Assembly (NCBI GenBank): GCA_965262785.1 | Contig: OZ253559.1 | Coordinates: 1,819,571 to 1,883,570 of the forward strand | Reading direction: 5' to 3' | DNA length: 64,000 nucleotides | Origin: Rhodothermales bacterium | GTDB taxonomy: Bacteria; Bacteroidota; Rhodothermia; Rhodothermales; Bin80 | In this document: piece after piece, positions 9,502 through 20,807 of the stretch | Numbering within the stretch: position 1 is the first letter of the stretch | Layout: every line of letters starts with the position of its first letter | Program-made: the position numbers and the translations under genes | Notes under the pieces: generated by a model | The model's input: only the letters and a program-made list of their open reading frames with translations | Database searches by the model: none | What the model was told of the DNA's origin: nothing

Positions 9502-10674
9502 ATGAGAGACTACTACGAAATTCTGGACATTGCGCGTGACGCATCTCCAGAAGACATCAAGAAGGCGTACCGCAAGAAGGCGCTGCACTTTCACCCGGAT
9601 CGCAACCCTGACGACAAGAAGGCGGAGGAAAGATTCAAAGAGGCTGCTGAGGCCTATTCGGTGCTTGCGGATGACGAAAAGCGTGCCTTGTACGATCGCT
9701 TTGGGCATGACGGAGTGCGCGGCAACGGAACTGCAGGCGGCCCGCAGTACAGAGATGTCAGCGATATCATGCGGGCATTCGGCGATGTCTTTTCGCATGC
9801 AGCGGGTGGCGGCAGCCCCTTTAGCGAATTCTTCGGCGGTGCCGGATCCCGGTCAAGCCAGCGCACGCGAGGACAGCGCGGTGAGGACTTGAGGCTGCGG
9901 CTCAAGCTTACCCTGGCGGAAATCGCAAATGGCGTCGATAAAAAGGTCAAGGTGCCCCGGTTTATCTCCTGCAATAAATGCCAGGGCACCGGAGCCAAAG
10001 GTGGCAAGACGTCCCTTAAACGGTGTGCCACATGCCAGGGAAGCGGAGAGCAGCGCCAGGCACAGCAAACCATGTTAGGCCGGTTCGTCAGCGTGCAGCC
10101 GTGCAGGAATTGTCGTGGCGAGGGTCAAGTAATAGCAGAAAAATGCCCCGAGTGCTGGGGCGAAGGACGTGTTGAGGCATCCAAGACGGTCAGCCTGAAA
10201 GTGCCCTCAGGCGTCCGGAGCGAACAGTACATCACCCTACGAGGGGAAGGCAACGCCGGGAAGCGGGGCGGGCCGCCCGGTAATCTGCGCGTCGTAATCA
10301 AGGAAGCCCCTAGCGAGGAATTCAGGCGTGAGGGCGACAACCTGTTTTATGAACTCTATATATCATTCCCGGATGCAGCACTGGGCACGGAGGTGGAAGT
10401 ACCAACCCTCCAGGGAAAGACCCGCATAAGTATCAAGCCCGGAACTCAGTCAGGAGAAATCATATGCTTGCGCCGCAAGGGGATTTTGGGCCTGGACTCC
10501 TCAGCTCGAGGAGACCTTCTGATCAACGTGAATGTCTGGACGCCAAAGGCGCTTTCGCGCGAAGATCGCAAGGTGCTGGAAAGTCTGCGTGATAAGTCTG
10601 CATTCACTCCCGACCACAAAATCAAAGGCAAGCGTTGGTCCCTTAAGGATCGGATGACGGAAATATTCACTTAG
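9502..10674 (+). CDS. dnaJ: molecular chaperone DnaJ
   Basis: J domain with HPD (HFHPDRNP), a G/F-rich linker and four CxxCxGxG repeats (CNKCQGTG, CATCQGSG, CRNCRGEG, CPECWGEG). Confidence 0.95.
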   Translation: MRDYYEILDIARDASPEDIKKAYRKKALHFHPDRNPDDKKAEERFKEAAEAYSVLADDEKRALYDRFGHDGVRGNGTAGGPQYRDVSDIMRAFGDVFSHAAGGGSPFSEFFGGAGSRSSQRTRGQRGEDLRLRLKLTLAEIANGVDKKVKVPRFISCNKCQGTGAKGGKTSLKRCATCQGSGEQRQAQQTMLGRFVSVQPCRNCRGEGQVIAEKCPECWGEGRVEASKTVSLKVPSGVRSEQYITLRGEGNAGKRGGPPGNLRVVIKEAPSEEFRREGDNLFYELYISFPDAALGTEVEVPTLQGKTRISIKPGTQSGEIICLRRKGILGLDSSARGDLLINVNVWTPKALSREDRKVLESLRDKSAFTPDHKIKGKRWSLKDRMTEIFT

Positions 10675-10682
10675 GCCTCTCC

Positions 10683-11204
10683 ATGATGCATGAGGCTGCA
10701 GTGGACTTCAGGGCAGTCATGCGCCGGGTGCCGTCGCCTGTCGCGGTGGTGACCGCCGCCGGCGGTCACGAAAGGCGCGGAATCACGATAGGCTCCTTTA
10801 CCAGCGTTTCGTTGGTGCCGCCTCTAGTCTCCTTTAACGTCATGCATGTCTCGCGCATGCATGACGTGATTGCGCGGGCCCGTCACTACGCGGTCCATAT
10901 ACTTGCTGAAGACCAGGTCGCACTATCGACCAGCTTTGCTGAACCTGAACGCAGTGGTGCGCAGCAGTTTGCGCACGTTGCCCACACCCTGGATGCCAAC
11001 GGCGTACCGATTATCGGAGGCACCGTAGTGATATTGCACTGCACAGCGCACGCTGTGCATGAGGCAGGCGATCATTCGATTTTGATCGGACAGGTACGGG
11101 GAACTACGGACGGGCCGCGCAGCAGGCCTCTAGTCTATCACCAGGGCGCCTACCGGCGCCTTGGCCAGCATATTGCGGAGTGCGTCCAGCCGTTTCACGG
11201 ATAG
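10683..11204 (+). CDS. flavin reductase family protein (FMN-binding split barrel)
   Basis: The block VPSPVAVVTAAGG..RGITIGSFTSVSLVPPLVSFNV is typical of the HpaC/RutF-type flavin reductase domain. 173 aa. Confidence 0.7.
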   Translation: MMHEAAVDFRAVMRRVPSPVAVVTAAGGHERRGITIGSFTSVSLVPPLVSFNVMHVSRMHDVIARARHYAVHILAEDQVALSTSFAEPERSGAQQFAHVAHTLDANGVPIIGGTVVILHCTAHAVHEAGDHSILIGQVRGTTDGPRSRPLVYHQGAYRRLGQHIAECVQPFHG

Positions 11205-11287
11205 TGTTCAGCAATTCTTAGCTACGCCAGTCGAATGCAAATGCCACAACCGCTTAAATTGACTGGTCTATACTGGTAGCAATTCTG

Positions 11288-13885
11288 ATGGCTGGGTACC
11301 CATTCAAGGAGATTGAGCGAAGGTGGCAGGCGTACTGGGAGGAGCACGGTACTTTTCTGACGCCGACCGAGGTCGACATGTCGCGGCCGAAGTACTACGT
11401 GCTGGACATGTTCCCGTATCCAAGCGGCGCGGGTCTCCACGTCGGGCATCCAGAAGGGTATACCGCCACCGACATCGTTGCGCGCTACAAGCGCATGAAG
11501 GGCTTCAACGTGCTGCACGCGATCGGATGGGATGCCTTCGGGCTGCCAGCTGAGCAGTACGCGCTACGTACGGGCACGCACCCGCGTGTCACGACCGAAA
11601 CCAACATCGTGCGGTTTCGTGCGCAGCTGAAGTCGCTGGGATTTTCCTATGACTGGAGCCGAGAGGTCGATACCACGGATCCTGCGTACTACCGCTGGAC
11701 CCAGTGGATCTTCCTCAAACTGTTTGAAAGGGGCCTGGCCTATGAGGCGGAGGTACCTGTGTGGTGGTGCGAGGCGCTGGGCACGACGCTCGCTAACGAA
11801 GAGGTCATAGACGGCAAGAGTGACATCGGGGGGCACCCCTGCGAGCGCCGCAACCTGCGGCAGTGGATGCTGAAGATTACCAGCTACGCAGAGCGGCTCC
11901 TGGCCGGATTGGACGAGACCGACTGGCCCGCCAGTACCAAGGAGATGCAGCGCAACTGGATCGGGCGCAGCGAAGGGGCGGAAATAGACTTTCCTCTGCC
12001 AAATGCTTCTGCGTCGATTCGTGTCTTTACGACCAGGCCCGACACGATTTTTGGCGCGACGTACATGGTGTTGGCGCCGGAGCACCCCCTGGTGGAAACG
12101 CTCACGACGGAAGCCCAGCACGAGGTAGTGATGGCTTATCGCGACCAGGCCGTACGTAAGAGCGAGCTTGAGCGTACCGGGACGCGAAAGGAGAAGAGCG
12201 GCGTCTTTACTGGGGGCTATGCTGTCAACCCGGCCACGGAGTCGCTTATTCCGGTCTGGGTGGCTGACTATGTGCTTGGCACCTACGGTACCGGGGCCAT
12301 CATGGCAGTTCCCGGGCAGGATGACCGGGACTGGGAGTTTGCGGATGTCTTTGGCCTGCCGATCGTCCGTACCGTAGCACCACCAAAAGGATACACGGGC
12401 GATGCCTATACCGGCGACGGTCTGGCAATCAACAGCGGCTTTCTTAACGGACTTCGGGTTGAGGAGGCCAAAGCGCGCATTCTGGACTGGCTGGAGGCCA
12501 CTGGCACGGGAACGCGCCAGGTGAACTACAAGCTGCGCGATTGGCTGTTTTCACGGCAGCGCTATTGGGGCGAGCCCATCCCAGTGATTTTCTCCGACGG
12601 TGCGGCCAAGGCGATTCCGCTGGAGGATTTGCCCCTAACGCTACCGGCGCTGGAAGAGTTCAAGCCGAGTGGGTCCCTGGAAGGGCCGCTGGCATTGGCG
12701 CGCGACTGGCTGCGCACCGTGGACCCCGATACCGGGCGCGTTGCGCGCCGCGAAACCAACACCATGCCGCAGTGGGCGGGGTCCTGCTGGTATTTCCTGC
12801 GCTTTATTGATCCGCACAACACCGAAGCGCTTGTGGATCCGGTGCTGGAGCGCTACTGGATGCCGGTAGACCTCTACGTGGGCGGTGCAGAGCATGCGGT
12901 GTTGCATCTCCTCTACGCACGATTCTGGCACATGGTGCTGTACGATGCGGGTGTCGTGTCATCACCCGAACCGTTTGCCAAGCTCGTTCACCAAGGCATG
13001 ATTCTGGGTGAACTTGAGTACACGGCATACAGAGGCATGCAGACGGGGGAGTTGGTGTCCGCCGTTGCGGTCGAAGGCGGCATGCATACCCCGTCCGGCA
13101 AGGCGGTGGAGGCAGTGCGCGTTGACGACGAAGCGGTTCAGAAGGCGGGAGAGCACTTCGTGCTGAAGAACGATGCGGGCATACGCCTAGATGTGCGGGC
13201 TCACAAGATGAGCAAGAGCCGGGGCAACGTCGTAAATCCCGACAACATTATCGAGCAGTACGGTGCGGACGCATTTCGGCTGTACGAGATGTTTATGGGC
13301 CCCTTGGAACAGGTCAAGCCGTGGAGCACGCGGGGTGTTGCCGGCACGTTCCGGTTTCTGAGCCGGACATGGCGCCTTTTGTCCAGTGAACGGGGCGCGG
13401 TTGTCGGTTCTGAGCCAACGCGCGTGCAGTGGCGCATGCTACATCGAACGCTGCAACGTGTCACGCACGACATTGAGGCGTTGCGCATGAACACGGCGAT
13501 TGCGGCTCTGATGGAATTCGTCAATGCGGCCTATAAATGGGAGGCAGTTCCGCGACTGGTGGCCGAACCGTTTGTACTGATGCTGAGTCCATTCGCGCCG
13601 CATACCGCGGAAGCGCTATGGGAACGACTGGGCCACCACAAGTCGCTGGCGTATGAGGCGTGGCCCGCGGTCAATGAAGCTTACCTTGCCGAAGACTCCA
13701 TGGCGATTCCGGTCCAAGTAAACGGGAGGGTGCGCGCTACCATACACGTCCCGGCGGGGGCACCCAGGCAACATGTGCTTGATCTCGCCCGCAAGGAGGG
13801 CAACGTCCTGCGCTTCTTGGACGGGCACACGGTGCGGAAGGAGATTTATGTGCCGGGGCGAATTGTCAACTTCGTTGCCACATGA
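11288..13885 (+). CDS. leuS: leucine--tRNA ligase
   Basis: HIGH-type motif ([10 protein letters not shown]), KMSKS (HKMSKSRGN), 865 aa, LeuRS-type N-terminus YPFKEIE..WQ.YW. Confidence 0.95.
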   Translation: MAGYPFKEIERRWQAYWEEHGTFLTPTEVDMSRPKYYVLDMFPYPSGAGLHVGHPEGYTATDIVARYKRMKGFNVLHAIGWDAFGLPAEQYALRTGTHPRVTTETNIVRFRAQLKSLGFSYDWSREVDTTDPAYYRWTQWIFLKLFERGLAYEAEVPVWWCEALGTTLANEEVIDGKSDIGGHPCERRNLRQWMLKITSYAERLLAGLDETDWPASTKEMQRNWIGRSEGAEIDFPLPNASASIRVFTTRPDTIFGATYMVLAPEHPLVETLTTEAQHEVVMAYRDQAVRKSELERTGTRKEKSGVFTGGYAVNPATESLIPVWVADYVLGTYGTGAIMAVPGQDDRDWEFADVFGLPIVRTVAPPKGYTGDAYTGDGLAINSGFLNGLRVEEAKARILDWLEATGTGTRQVNYKLRDWLFSRQRYWGEPIPVIFSDGAAKAIPLEDLPLTLPALEEFKPSGSLEGPLALARDWLRTVDPDTGRVARRETNTMPQWAGSCWYFLRFIDPHNTEALVDPVLERYWMPVDLYVGGAEHAVLHLLYARFWHMVLYDAGVVSSPEPFAKLVHQGMILGELEYTAYRGMQTGELVSAVAVEGGMHTPSGKAVEAVRVDDEAVQKAGEHFVLKNDAGIRLDVRAHKMSKSRGNVVNPDNIIEQYGADAFRLYEMFMGPLEQVKPWSTRGVAGTFRFLSRTWRLLSSERGAVVGSEPTRVQWRMLHRTLQRVTHDIEALRMNTAIAALMEFVNAAYKWEAVPRLVAEPFVLMLSPFAPHTAEALWERLGHHKSLAYEAWPAVNEAYLAEDSMAIPVQVNGRVRATIHVPAGAPRQHVLDLARKEGNVLRFLDGHTVRKEIYVPGRIVNFVAT

Positions 13886-13889
13886 TGCC

Positions 13890-14624
13890 ATGGCGAATCC
13901 GCTGGACGTTCTCGCAGTGGGGGCGCATCCTGACGACGTGGAGCTGGCAGCAGGCGGCACGTTATGCCTGTTGGCGCAGCGGGGCTACTTGGTGGGGGCG
14001 CTTGACCTTACAGAGGGCGAACTCGGCTCACGTGGCACCGTAGCCTCGCGGCGTGTTGAGGCGCAGGCTGCCGCGGGAATTCTGGGGCTTGCGGCACGGG
14101 AGCAGTTGGGCTTGCCGGACGGCAACATTATGGCCGACCCCAGCAGCCGCGAAAGGCTCATCCGAGTAATTCGGCGCCTGAGGCCACACATCGTGCTGAC
14201 GCACCCGACCGATTGTCGCCATCCGGATCATGCAGACGCGGCAAAGCTGGTCCTTAAGGCTTGTTTTTACAGCGGGCTGCGCAAAATCGACACCGGACAG
14301 GAGCCGTGGCGACCGCAGCACATCGTGCACTTTGAAGAGGTTCTGCCGTTTAAGCCGACGATTGTGGTTGACGTGACGGACGCGTGGAAGCAGCGCACGC
14401 AGGCGGTCCAAGCATATGCGTCTCAGTTCTATAACCCAGCGTATAACACGGACGAGCCCGATACCTTTGTTTCCAATCACGGCTTCTTTCAGTGGATCGA
14501 GGCGCGTGCCCGCACGCACGGCTTCGCCATTGGGGCGACTTACGGCGAAGCCTTCCAGTTGGGCGTCCCTATTGGTACGGACGATTTGGTGCAGTTGCTG
14601 AAGCGGGAGAAAGCCTTTCGCTAG
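13890..14624 (+). CDS. bshB1: PIG-L/LmbE-family deacetylase, BshB1-like (bacillithiol biosynthesis)
   Basis: LDVLAVGAHPDDVELAAGGT...DLTEGELGSRGT motif pattern. The internal ATG at 13890 is used because the ORF-track start at 13773 overlaps the end of leuS. Confidence 0.65.
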   Translation: MANPLDVLAVGAHPDDVELAAGGTLCLLAQRGYLVGALDLTEGELGSRGTVASRRVEAQAAAGILGLAAREQLGLPDGNIMADPSSRERLIRVIRRLRPHIVLTHPTDCRHPDHADAAKLVLKACFYSGLRKIDTGQEPWRPQHIVHFEEVLPFKPTIVVDVTDAWKQRTQAVQAYASQFYNPAYNTDEPDTFVSNHGFFQWIEARARTHGFAIGATYGEAFQLGVPIGTDDLVQLLKREKAFR

Positions 14625-14671
14625 TGTGCCGCGCCAGCGGCGCTTGTTTGACCAGACATGGGCTGAGTGCC

Positions 14672-16213
14672 ATGGATCAGGATCTAGTTGCAATACAGCA
14701 GGCGCGGGACTTGGTTCGCAGCGCACGTGCCGCCAAGGAGCAGTACGTGTCGTACAATCAGAAGAAGGTGGACGCCATCGTTCAGGCTATGGCGGAAGCC
14801 GGCGAGCGGGCCTCTGAACACTTGGGGCGCCTGGCGCACGAAGAAACCGGCTTCGGGCGCCCGGAAAGCAAGAAGGTGAAGAACCTCTTCGCCACGAAGA
14901 TGCTGCATGAGGCGCTGAAGGGCATGAAGACCGTCGGCGTAATCAGCAAGACGGAAGACGGCAGCACCTGGGAGATCGCCATGCCGATGGGCGTGGTTGC
15001 GGCGCTCATACCATCCACCAATCCCACCTCTACCGCGCTTTATAAAGCAATCATTGCGGCCAAGGCGCGGTGCGGAATCGTCATGAGTCCCCACCCCAGG
15101 GCGGTGCGCTCCACAGCAGAGGCGCTCAACGTGGTTGCGGATGCGGCCTATAAGGCGGGAGCTCCCAAGGGGCTGTTTGGATGCATGGGCACCTCAACAC
15201 TGGCTGGCACCAACGCGCTACTGGAACACCCTGAAACGGATGTAATCCTGGCCACAGGCGGCGGCGCCATGGTGCGCGCTGCATATTCCAAAGGCAAACC
15301 AGCCTATGGCGTAGGTTCGGGAAATGTGCCCGTGTACGTGGACCGGTCGGCGGACATTGCCAAGGCAGCGCGCGACCTGCTCTTTGGGACGTCCTTTGAC
15401 TGGGGGACGCTCTGTTCCACAGAGCGCTCGGTCGTAGCCGACTACCCCATCAAGGCGCGCCTGGTAGACGCTATGAAGCAGGAGGGCGCACACTTCTGCA
15501 GTGATGCTGAAAAGACCAAGCTACGTGCCGTCGTTGCTCAAAGGGGACGCCTGAACATTGAACAAGTGGGGCAGTCGCCGTGCAAGATCGCGTCTCTGGC
15601 GGGCTTTACTGTGCCCGAGGACACCAAGGCCCTCGTAGCCGAAGTCGACGGTGTCGGACAAGCTGAGCCGCTGTCGATGGAGACGCTGTCGCCGATCCTG
15701 TCATTCTATACCGCTGACGGGTGGCAGGCGGGGTGTGCCCGCTGCATTGAGGTACTGCACTTTGGTGGGATTGGGCACACGCTAGGCCTGCACTGCACGA
15801 GCGAAACGGTGATTGAAGCCTTCGGACTGCAGAAGCCAAGCATGCGTATCGTGGTCAACACGGTGGCGGCGCTCGGGTCGGTAGGCTATACCACGGGCTT
15901 GTTTCCTGCGATGACGCTCGGGCCAGGAACCATCGGGGGATCCATCACCAGTGATAACATTTCCCCGATGCATCTGCTTAACATCAAGCGGCTCGCTTTT
16001 GAAACGAAGCCGATCCATGAGGTGGCAGCGGCTTCGAAGCCGAAGCAAGGCAAGAGCCGCATGGACGAAATTGAGGCGCACCTCCGAGCCAGGGCGGGCA
16101 ACCCTCAGCACCGTCGGATGGCCACACGCCGCGCAGCCGGCCGGCCGAATCCAGGGACTGCGCCTCTGTCGGATTCCAGCATTGAGGCGTTGGTGCGCCA
16201 GCACCGCAAATAG
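14672..16213 (+). CDS. CoA-acylating aldehyde dehydrogenase family protein (EutE/PduP/AdhE-N-like)
   Basis: The blocks IPSTNPTST, ATGGGAMV..AYSKGKPAYGVGSGNVP and LCSTE (catalytic Cys region) are present. The ATG at 14672 (MDQDLVAIQQARDLV) is preferred. The C-terminal tail is basic. Confidence 0.7.
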   Translation: MDQDLVAIQQARDLVRSARAAKEQYVSYNQKKVDAIVQAMAEAGERASEHLGRLAHEETGFGRPESKKVKNLFATKMLHEALKGMKTVGVISKTEDGSTWEIAMPMGVVAALIPSTNPTSTALYKAIIAAKARCGIVMSPHPRAVRSTAEALNVVADAAYKAGAPKGLFGCMGTSTLAGTNALLEHPETDVILATGGGAMVRAAYSKGKPAYGVGSGNVPVYVDRSADIAKAARDLLFGTSFDWGTLCSTERSVVADYPIKARLVDAMKQEGAHFCSDAEKTKLRAVVAQRGRLNIEQVGQSPCKIASLAGFTVPEDTKALVAEVDGVGQAEPLSMETLSPILSFYTADGWQAGCARCIEVLHFGGIGHTLGLHCTSETVIEAFGLQKPSMRIVVNTVAALGSVGYTTGLFPAMTLGPGTIGGSITSDNISPMHLLNIKRLAFETKPIHEVAAASKPKQGKSRMDEIEAHLRARAGNPQHRRMATRRAAGRPNPGTAPLSDSSIEALVRQHRK

Positions 16214-16304
16214 CGCGCTCACCGCCGCGCTTAGCACTACTGATCGGCACATCGTATATTTGCAGTCCTCATCTGGCGAGAAGGCCTGCACAAATCGTTA
16301 GCGT

Positions 16305-16871
16305 ATGGCAAACACAACGAGCTTCCGAAACGGCTTTGCCATGTTACTTGGGAAGGAGGTCTGGCAGATTGTCAAGTTTCAGCATGTAAAGCCGGGGAAG
16401 GGCGGCGCGTTCGTTCGTACAACACTCAGGCACGTCAAAACGGGGCGCGTGGTGGACAAAACGTTTCGTGCCGGTGAGAAGGTAGCCGAGGCGCGGGTGG
16501 AACGGCGCGAGCACCAGTTCCTGTACGAAGACTCGCTGGGGCTCCACTTTATGAGCACGGAAAATTATGCGCAGTTTACGCTGCCCAAGGGCCGGGTTGG
16601 GCGTCGCGAGTACCTAAAGGAGGGCGGCACGATTGATATCTTGATTCACGCGAACACGGATGAAGCGCTGTTGGCCGAATTGCCGCGCAGCGTTGAGCTC
16701 GAGGTGACGCGTTCCGACCCGGGCCTCAGGGGGGACACTGCCACGGGTGCTACCAAACCTGCGACGCTGGAAAGCGGCGCGGTGGTCAACGTGCCGCTTT
16801 TTGTCAACGAGGGTGACGTCATTCGGGTAAACACCGACACGGGCGCCTATATCACGCGCGTCAGCTCTTAG
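16305..16871 (+). CDS. efp: elongation factor P
   Basis: 188 aa with the KPGKGGAFVRT loop, upstream of accB-accC as in many bacteria. Confidence 0.9.
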   Translation: MANTTSFRNGFAMLLGKEVWQIVKFQHVKPGKGGAFVRTTLRHVKTGRVVDKTFRAGEKVAEARVERREHQFLYEDSLGLHFMSTENYAQFTLPKGRVGRREYLKEGGTIDILIHANTDEALLAELPRSVELEVTRSDPGLRGDTATGATKPATLESGAVVNVPLFVNEGDVIRVNTDTGAYITRVSS

Positions 16872-16877
16872 TAGCCC

Positions 16878-17405
16878 ATGTTCAGATTGGATCTTGCGCG
16901 CATTCGAGACCTGATCAAGGTCGCTACGGAGAGCGGTGCCGCGGAAGTGGAAATAGAGGAGAAAGGCGTACGTATTCTCGTGCGAAGCCAGTCGACGCCG
17001 GTCGTGTTGCAGGCGCCCTACATGTCACCGCTGCATCCGGGGTTGATGCCGCCAAGTATGCGGCAGCAGTCTGGCTACATGCCGCAGATCGTGACGCCCC
17101 AGCCGGACACATCACCTGTGGCGCCACCGGCAGCAGAAGCGCAGCCTGCGGAAGAATCCTCCGAGCCGAAAGGCACCGTGATTCGTGCGCCCATTGTGGG
17201 TACCTTTTTCCGGAGCCCTTCGCCCGATGCCGAGACGTTTGTGGAGGTGGGATCCACTGTCGCAGCCGGTGACACACTGTGTATCATTGAGGCCATGAAG
17301 AATATGAACGAGATCGAATGCGAAGTGGCCGGCACCATAAAGGAAATTCTGGTCCGGGATGCCGAACCGGTATCATACGACCAGCCTCTATTCGTTATCT
17401 CCTAG
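16878..17405 (+). CDS. accB: acetyl-CoA carboxylase biotin carboxyl carrier protein
   Basis: Pro/Ala-rich linker and a biotinyl domain with CIIEAMKNMNEIE. Confidence 0.9.
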   Translation: MFRLDLARIRDLIKVATESGAAEVEIEEKGVRILVRSQSTPVVLQAPYMSPLHPGLMPPSMRQQSGYMPQIVTPQPDTSPVAPPAAEAQPAEESSEPKGTVIRAPIVGTFFRSPSPDAETFVEVGSTVAAGDTLCIIEAMKNMNEIECEVAGTIKEILVRDAEPVSYDQPLFVIS

Positions 17406-17471
17406 GGTGGCCACCTCCGCGGGACAGGTCGCCTGACTTCTCTTCCTGGCAGCTGTTTTCAGGCCAAATAC

Positions 17472-18815
17472 GTGACCAAAAAGGTCCTTATTGCCAACCG
17501 TGGCGAGATCGCCTTGCGCGTGATACGCACATGTCGTGAGTTGGGGCTGAAGACTGTAGCGGTGTACTCGAAGGCCGATAGTGACGCCCTCCATGTGCGC
17601 TTTGCCGACGAGGCTGTCTGCATAGGGCCTGCGCCCTCACGCGAGAGCTACCTACGCATTGACCGCATCATAGCCGCGGCTGAGGTTACGAGTGCTGACG
17701 CGATTCATCCAGGGTATGGCTTCCTGTCCGAAAGCGCGCTCTTCAGCGCCATTTGCGAAGACCACGGACTCATCTTCATTGGGCCTGCGCCAAAGACGAT
17801 TGAGCTCATGGGAGACAAGAGCATAGCCAAGGACACGATGCAGTCCGCGGGGGTACCGGTCGTGCCAGGCTCCGAAGGTGTGGTAGCCACCCTGGATGAA
17901 GGCCTGCGAAGTGCAGCCTCTATCGGATATCCGGTCATGATCAAGGCCAGCGCCGGCGGAGGTGGCCGCGGCATGCGGGCCGTGCAGGCGGAAGCGGAAT
18001 TTAAACGTCATTTTCACTCTGCGCGCGCAGAGGCAAAGAGTGCCTTTGGCAATGAAGACGTTTACCTCGAAAAGCTGATTGAGAAGCCACGGCACGTCGA
18101 GGTCCAGATTATGGGCGACGGCCAGGGTACGACCATGCATCTGGGAGAGCGCGAATGTTCCATCCAGCGACGTCACCAGAAGCTCCTGGAAGAGTCACCA
18201 TCCCCCGTTGTTACAAAAGAGATGCGCGAGGAGATGGGCAAGGCGGCCGTGGCTGGGGCGCAGGCCGTGGACTACAGAGGGGCCGGGACGGTAGAGTTTC
18301 TCGTGGACGCCCACGGCAATTTCTACTTTATGGAGATGAATACGCGCATCCAGGTTGAGCACCCGGTCACGGAAGAGGTGGCCGGAGTGGACATTGTCGC
18401 CATGCAGGTCGCAGTGGCCATGGGAGAGCGCCTGACCAATGATGCCGTATCGTTGCGGGGGCATGCGATAGAGTGCCGAATCAATGCGGAAGACCCGTTC
18501 AAAGACTTTCGGCCCGCTCCGGGATGCATCAAAGCCTTCAATGTGCCGGGGGGCCTAGGTGTTCGCGTAGACACGCACGTCTATGCGGGTTATACGATTC
18601 CTCCGTATTACGACTCGATGATCGCCAAGCTGATTGTGCGTGCGCCTTCTCGGCCGCAAGCAATCAGCAGGATGCTTCGTGCACTGGAAGAGTTTGTACT
18701 TGAGGGCGTGCCGACGACGATTCCGTTTCATAAGCAACTGCTCCGCCATCCCGACTTTGAGCGAGGCAACTTTGACACGCACTTTGTGGACCACTTTGCG
18801 CTGATAGAAAGTTGA
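17472..18815 (+). CDS. accC: acetyl-CoA carboxylase biotin carboxylase subunit
   Basis: GTG start, [12 protein letters not shown]-terminus, ATP-grasp core, 447 aa. Confidence 0.95.
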   Translation: MTKKVLIANRGEIALRVIRTCRELGLKTVAVYSKADSDALHVRFADEAVCIGPAPSRESYLRIDRIIAAAEVTSADAIHPGYGFLSESALFSAICEDHGLIFIGPAPKTIELMGDKSIAKDTMQSAGVPVVPGSEGVVATLDEGLRSAASIGYPVMIKASAGGGGRGMRAVQAEAEFKRHFHSARAEAKSAFGNEDVYLEKLIEKPRHVEVQIMGDGQGTTMHLGERECSIQRRHQKLLEESPSPVVTKEMREEMGKAAVAGAQAVDYRGAGTVEFLVDAHGNFYFMEMNTRIQVEHPVTEEVAGVDIVAMQVAVAMGERLTNDAVSLRGHAIECRINAEDPFKDFRPAPGCIKAFNVPGGLGVRVDTHVYAGYTIPPYYDSMIAKLIVRAPSRPQAISRMLRALEEFVLEGVPTTIPFHKQLLRHPDFERGNFDTHFVDHFALIES

Positions 18816-18846
18816 ACGGCCCCTCATCATTATAAATCTCAGGCTC

Positions 18847-19230
18847 ATGAAGTGTCCGGCGTCTCTTGGCTATACAAAAGACCACGAATGGGTGCGCGTA
18901 GCGGAAGACGGCCAGACAGCAACGGTCGGCATCACCGACTTTGCCCAGGGAGAGCTTGGTGACATCGTCTTCGTTGAACTTGAGCCTGTTGAAGAGATCT
19001 TCGCCAAAGATGAGCCATTCGGCTCGGTGGAGGCGGTAAAGGCCGTGTCGGAGCTGTTCATGCCGGTTTCCGGGACTATTGTGGAGCACAACGAGTGCCT
19101 GGAAGACCACCCTGAGCTGGTAAACGTTGATCCCTACGGAGAAGGCTGGATGATTAAGATTGTGCTTAGCGACACATCCGAGCTTGATGACCTGCTAACC
19201 GCGGAAGCGTATGCGGCCTTGGTGGGCTGA
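18847..19230 (+). CDS. gcvH: glycine cleavage system protein H
   Basis: 127 aa with YTKDHEWV and the lipoyl-lysine region [10 protein letters not shown]. Confidence 0.9.
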   Translation: MKCPASLGYTKDHEWVRVAEDGQTATVGITDFAQGELGDIVFVELEPVEEIFAKDEPFGSVEAVKAVSELFMPVSGTIVEHNECLEDHPELVNVDPYGEGWMIKIVLSDTSELDDLLTAEAYAALVG

Positions 19231-19238
19231 TCCGGCCT

Positions 19239-20807
19239 ATGGGTGAGCGCATCGCAATCCTGGATTTTGGGGCGCAGTACACGCAGCTGATCGCTCGCCG
19301 CGTAAGAGAAGCAGGTGTTTTTGCCGAAATCTACCCCTGCACGATAGCAGCTGCCACTCTGCGCAGCATCGGGCCCGCGGGTGTGGTTCTTTCCGGGGGG
19401 CCGAATTCCATCTACGACGATGGTGCGCCGCAGCTTGACCCGGCTGTGCTGGCGCTGCGGCGCAGCGATGGATCCGCACTGCCAATTCTCGGCATCTGCT
19501 ACGGACTGCAGGCTATGGCGCACCTAGAGGGTGGCACTGTAGCTGCGGCCAACCATCGGGAGTTCGGTCGCGCCGTCCTGCAGATCGACACGGCGGGTGA
19601 TCTCCTCTCCGGCGTACCTGCCGGCTCGCACGTGTGGATGAGCCACAGCGATGCTCTGATGGGGGTGCCACCGGGATATGAGGTGCTCGCGCATACGGCG
19701 AATGCGCCCATCGTCGCCGTGCGGCACAAAGGTTTACCTCACTATGGGGTGCAGTTCCATCCAGAGGTGGTGCACACTGATCATGGCCGGCTGATTCTGC
19801 AAAACTTTGCCTTGGGCATATGCGGATGCAGCGGAGACTGGTCACCAGCCTCGTTTGTGGAGGAAAAGGCAGCTGAACTGCAGCGCGTCGTGGGGGAGGA
19901 ACATGTTATCCTGGGTCTCTCGGGTGGCGTGGATTCGTCGGTGGCAGCTCGCCTCTTGCATGAGGCCATCGGGGATCAGCTGACCTGCATCTTTGTCAAT
20001 AACGGCTTGTTGCGCAAAGGCGAATGGGCAGGAGTGCAGGCAACCTTCCGTGACCACTTCAAGGTGCGACTTGAGGCGGTGGACGCATCCGCGCTGTTTT
20101 TGGAGCGGCTGGCAGGCGTGGTGGACCCTGAGCGCAAGCGTGTCATTATCGGCAACACATTTGTCGAGGTTTTTGAGCAAACGACTACGGCTATCGCCGG
20201 ATCGCTTGGGCGCAAACCCAAGTTTTTGGCGCAGGGCACGCTGTACCCCGACGTCATCGAAAGCATTTCGCTCAGGGGCCCCAGCGCCACCATCAAGACG
20301 CACCACAACGTCGGCGGTTTGCCCGATGAGCACCAATTCACGATTCTGGAGCCTTTCAGGGAGCTGTTCAAGGATGAGGTTCGTACCATCGGACGGCACA
20401 TGGGTCTCGATGAGCAGATCATTGGTCGGCATCCCTTCCCGGGCCCCGGCTTAGCGGTTCGAGTATTGGGCGCGGTTGAGCCGCGCTCATTGAGCCTGCT
20501 CAGAGAGGCGGATGCCATCTTCATTGACGAGCTGCGCCGCCATGGCCTCTATGACAAGGTATGGCAAGCATTCGCAGTGCTACTGCCGGTACAGACCGTA
20601 GGAGTTATGGGCGATTTGCGGACATACGAGAATGTTTGTGCCCTGCGTGCGGTCACTAGCCAGGACGGCATGACGGCCGACTGGGCCCGCCTCCCTCACG
20701 AGTTTTTAAGCCACGTTTCCAGTCGCATCGTAAACGAAATTCGTGGCATCAACCGAGTGGCGTACGACATCAGCTCAAAGCCGCCCGCTACGATCGAATG
20801 GGAATGA
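19239..20807 (+). CDS. guaA: glutamine-hydrolysing GMP synthase
   Basis: GATase Cys (GICYGLQ), the ATP-PPase P-loop SGGVDSS, and the C-terminal ...PPATIEWE. Confidence 0.95.
   Translation: MGERIAILDFGAQYTQLIARRVREAGVFAEIYPCTIAAATLRSIGPAGVVLSGGPNSIYDDGAPQLDPAVLALRRSDGSALPILGICYGLQAMAHLEGGTVAAANHREFGRAVLQIDTAGDLLSGVPAGSHVWMSHSDALMGVPPGYEVLAHTANAPIVAVRHKGLPHYGVQFHPEVVHTDHGRLILQNFALGICGCSGDWSPASFVEEKAAELQRVVGEEHVILGLSGGVDSSVAARLLHEAIGDQLTCIFVNNGLLRKGEWAGVQATFRDHFKVRLEAVDASALFLERLAGVVDPERKRVIIGNTFVEVFEQTTTAIAGSLGRKPKFLAQGTLYPDVIESISLRGPSATIKTHHNVGGLPDEHQFTILEPFRELFKDEVRTIGRHMGLDEQIIGRHPFPGPGLAVRVLGAVEPRSLSLLREADAIFIDELRRHGLYDKVWQAFAVLLPVQTVGVMGDLRTYENVCALRAVTSQDGMTADWARLPHEFLSHVSSRIVNEIRGINRVAYDISSKPPATIEWE

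Noticed and set aside
14492-14671. N-terminal extensions given by the ORF track for several genes (13773, 14492, 23112, 35657, 48314, 51373, 52019 and 61426 starts).
   Set aside because: The extensions overlap the preceding gene or are Arg/Pro-rich with no similarity to the family. Internal ATG codons give canonical N-termini.
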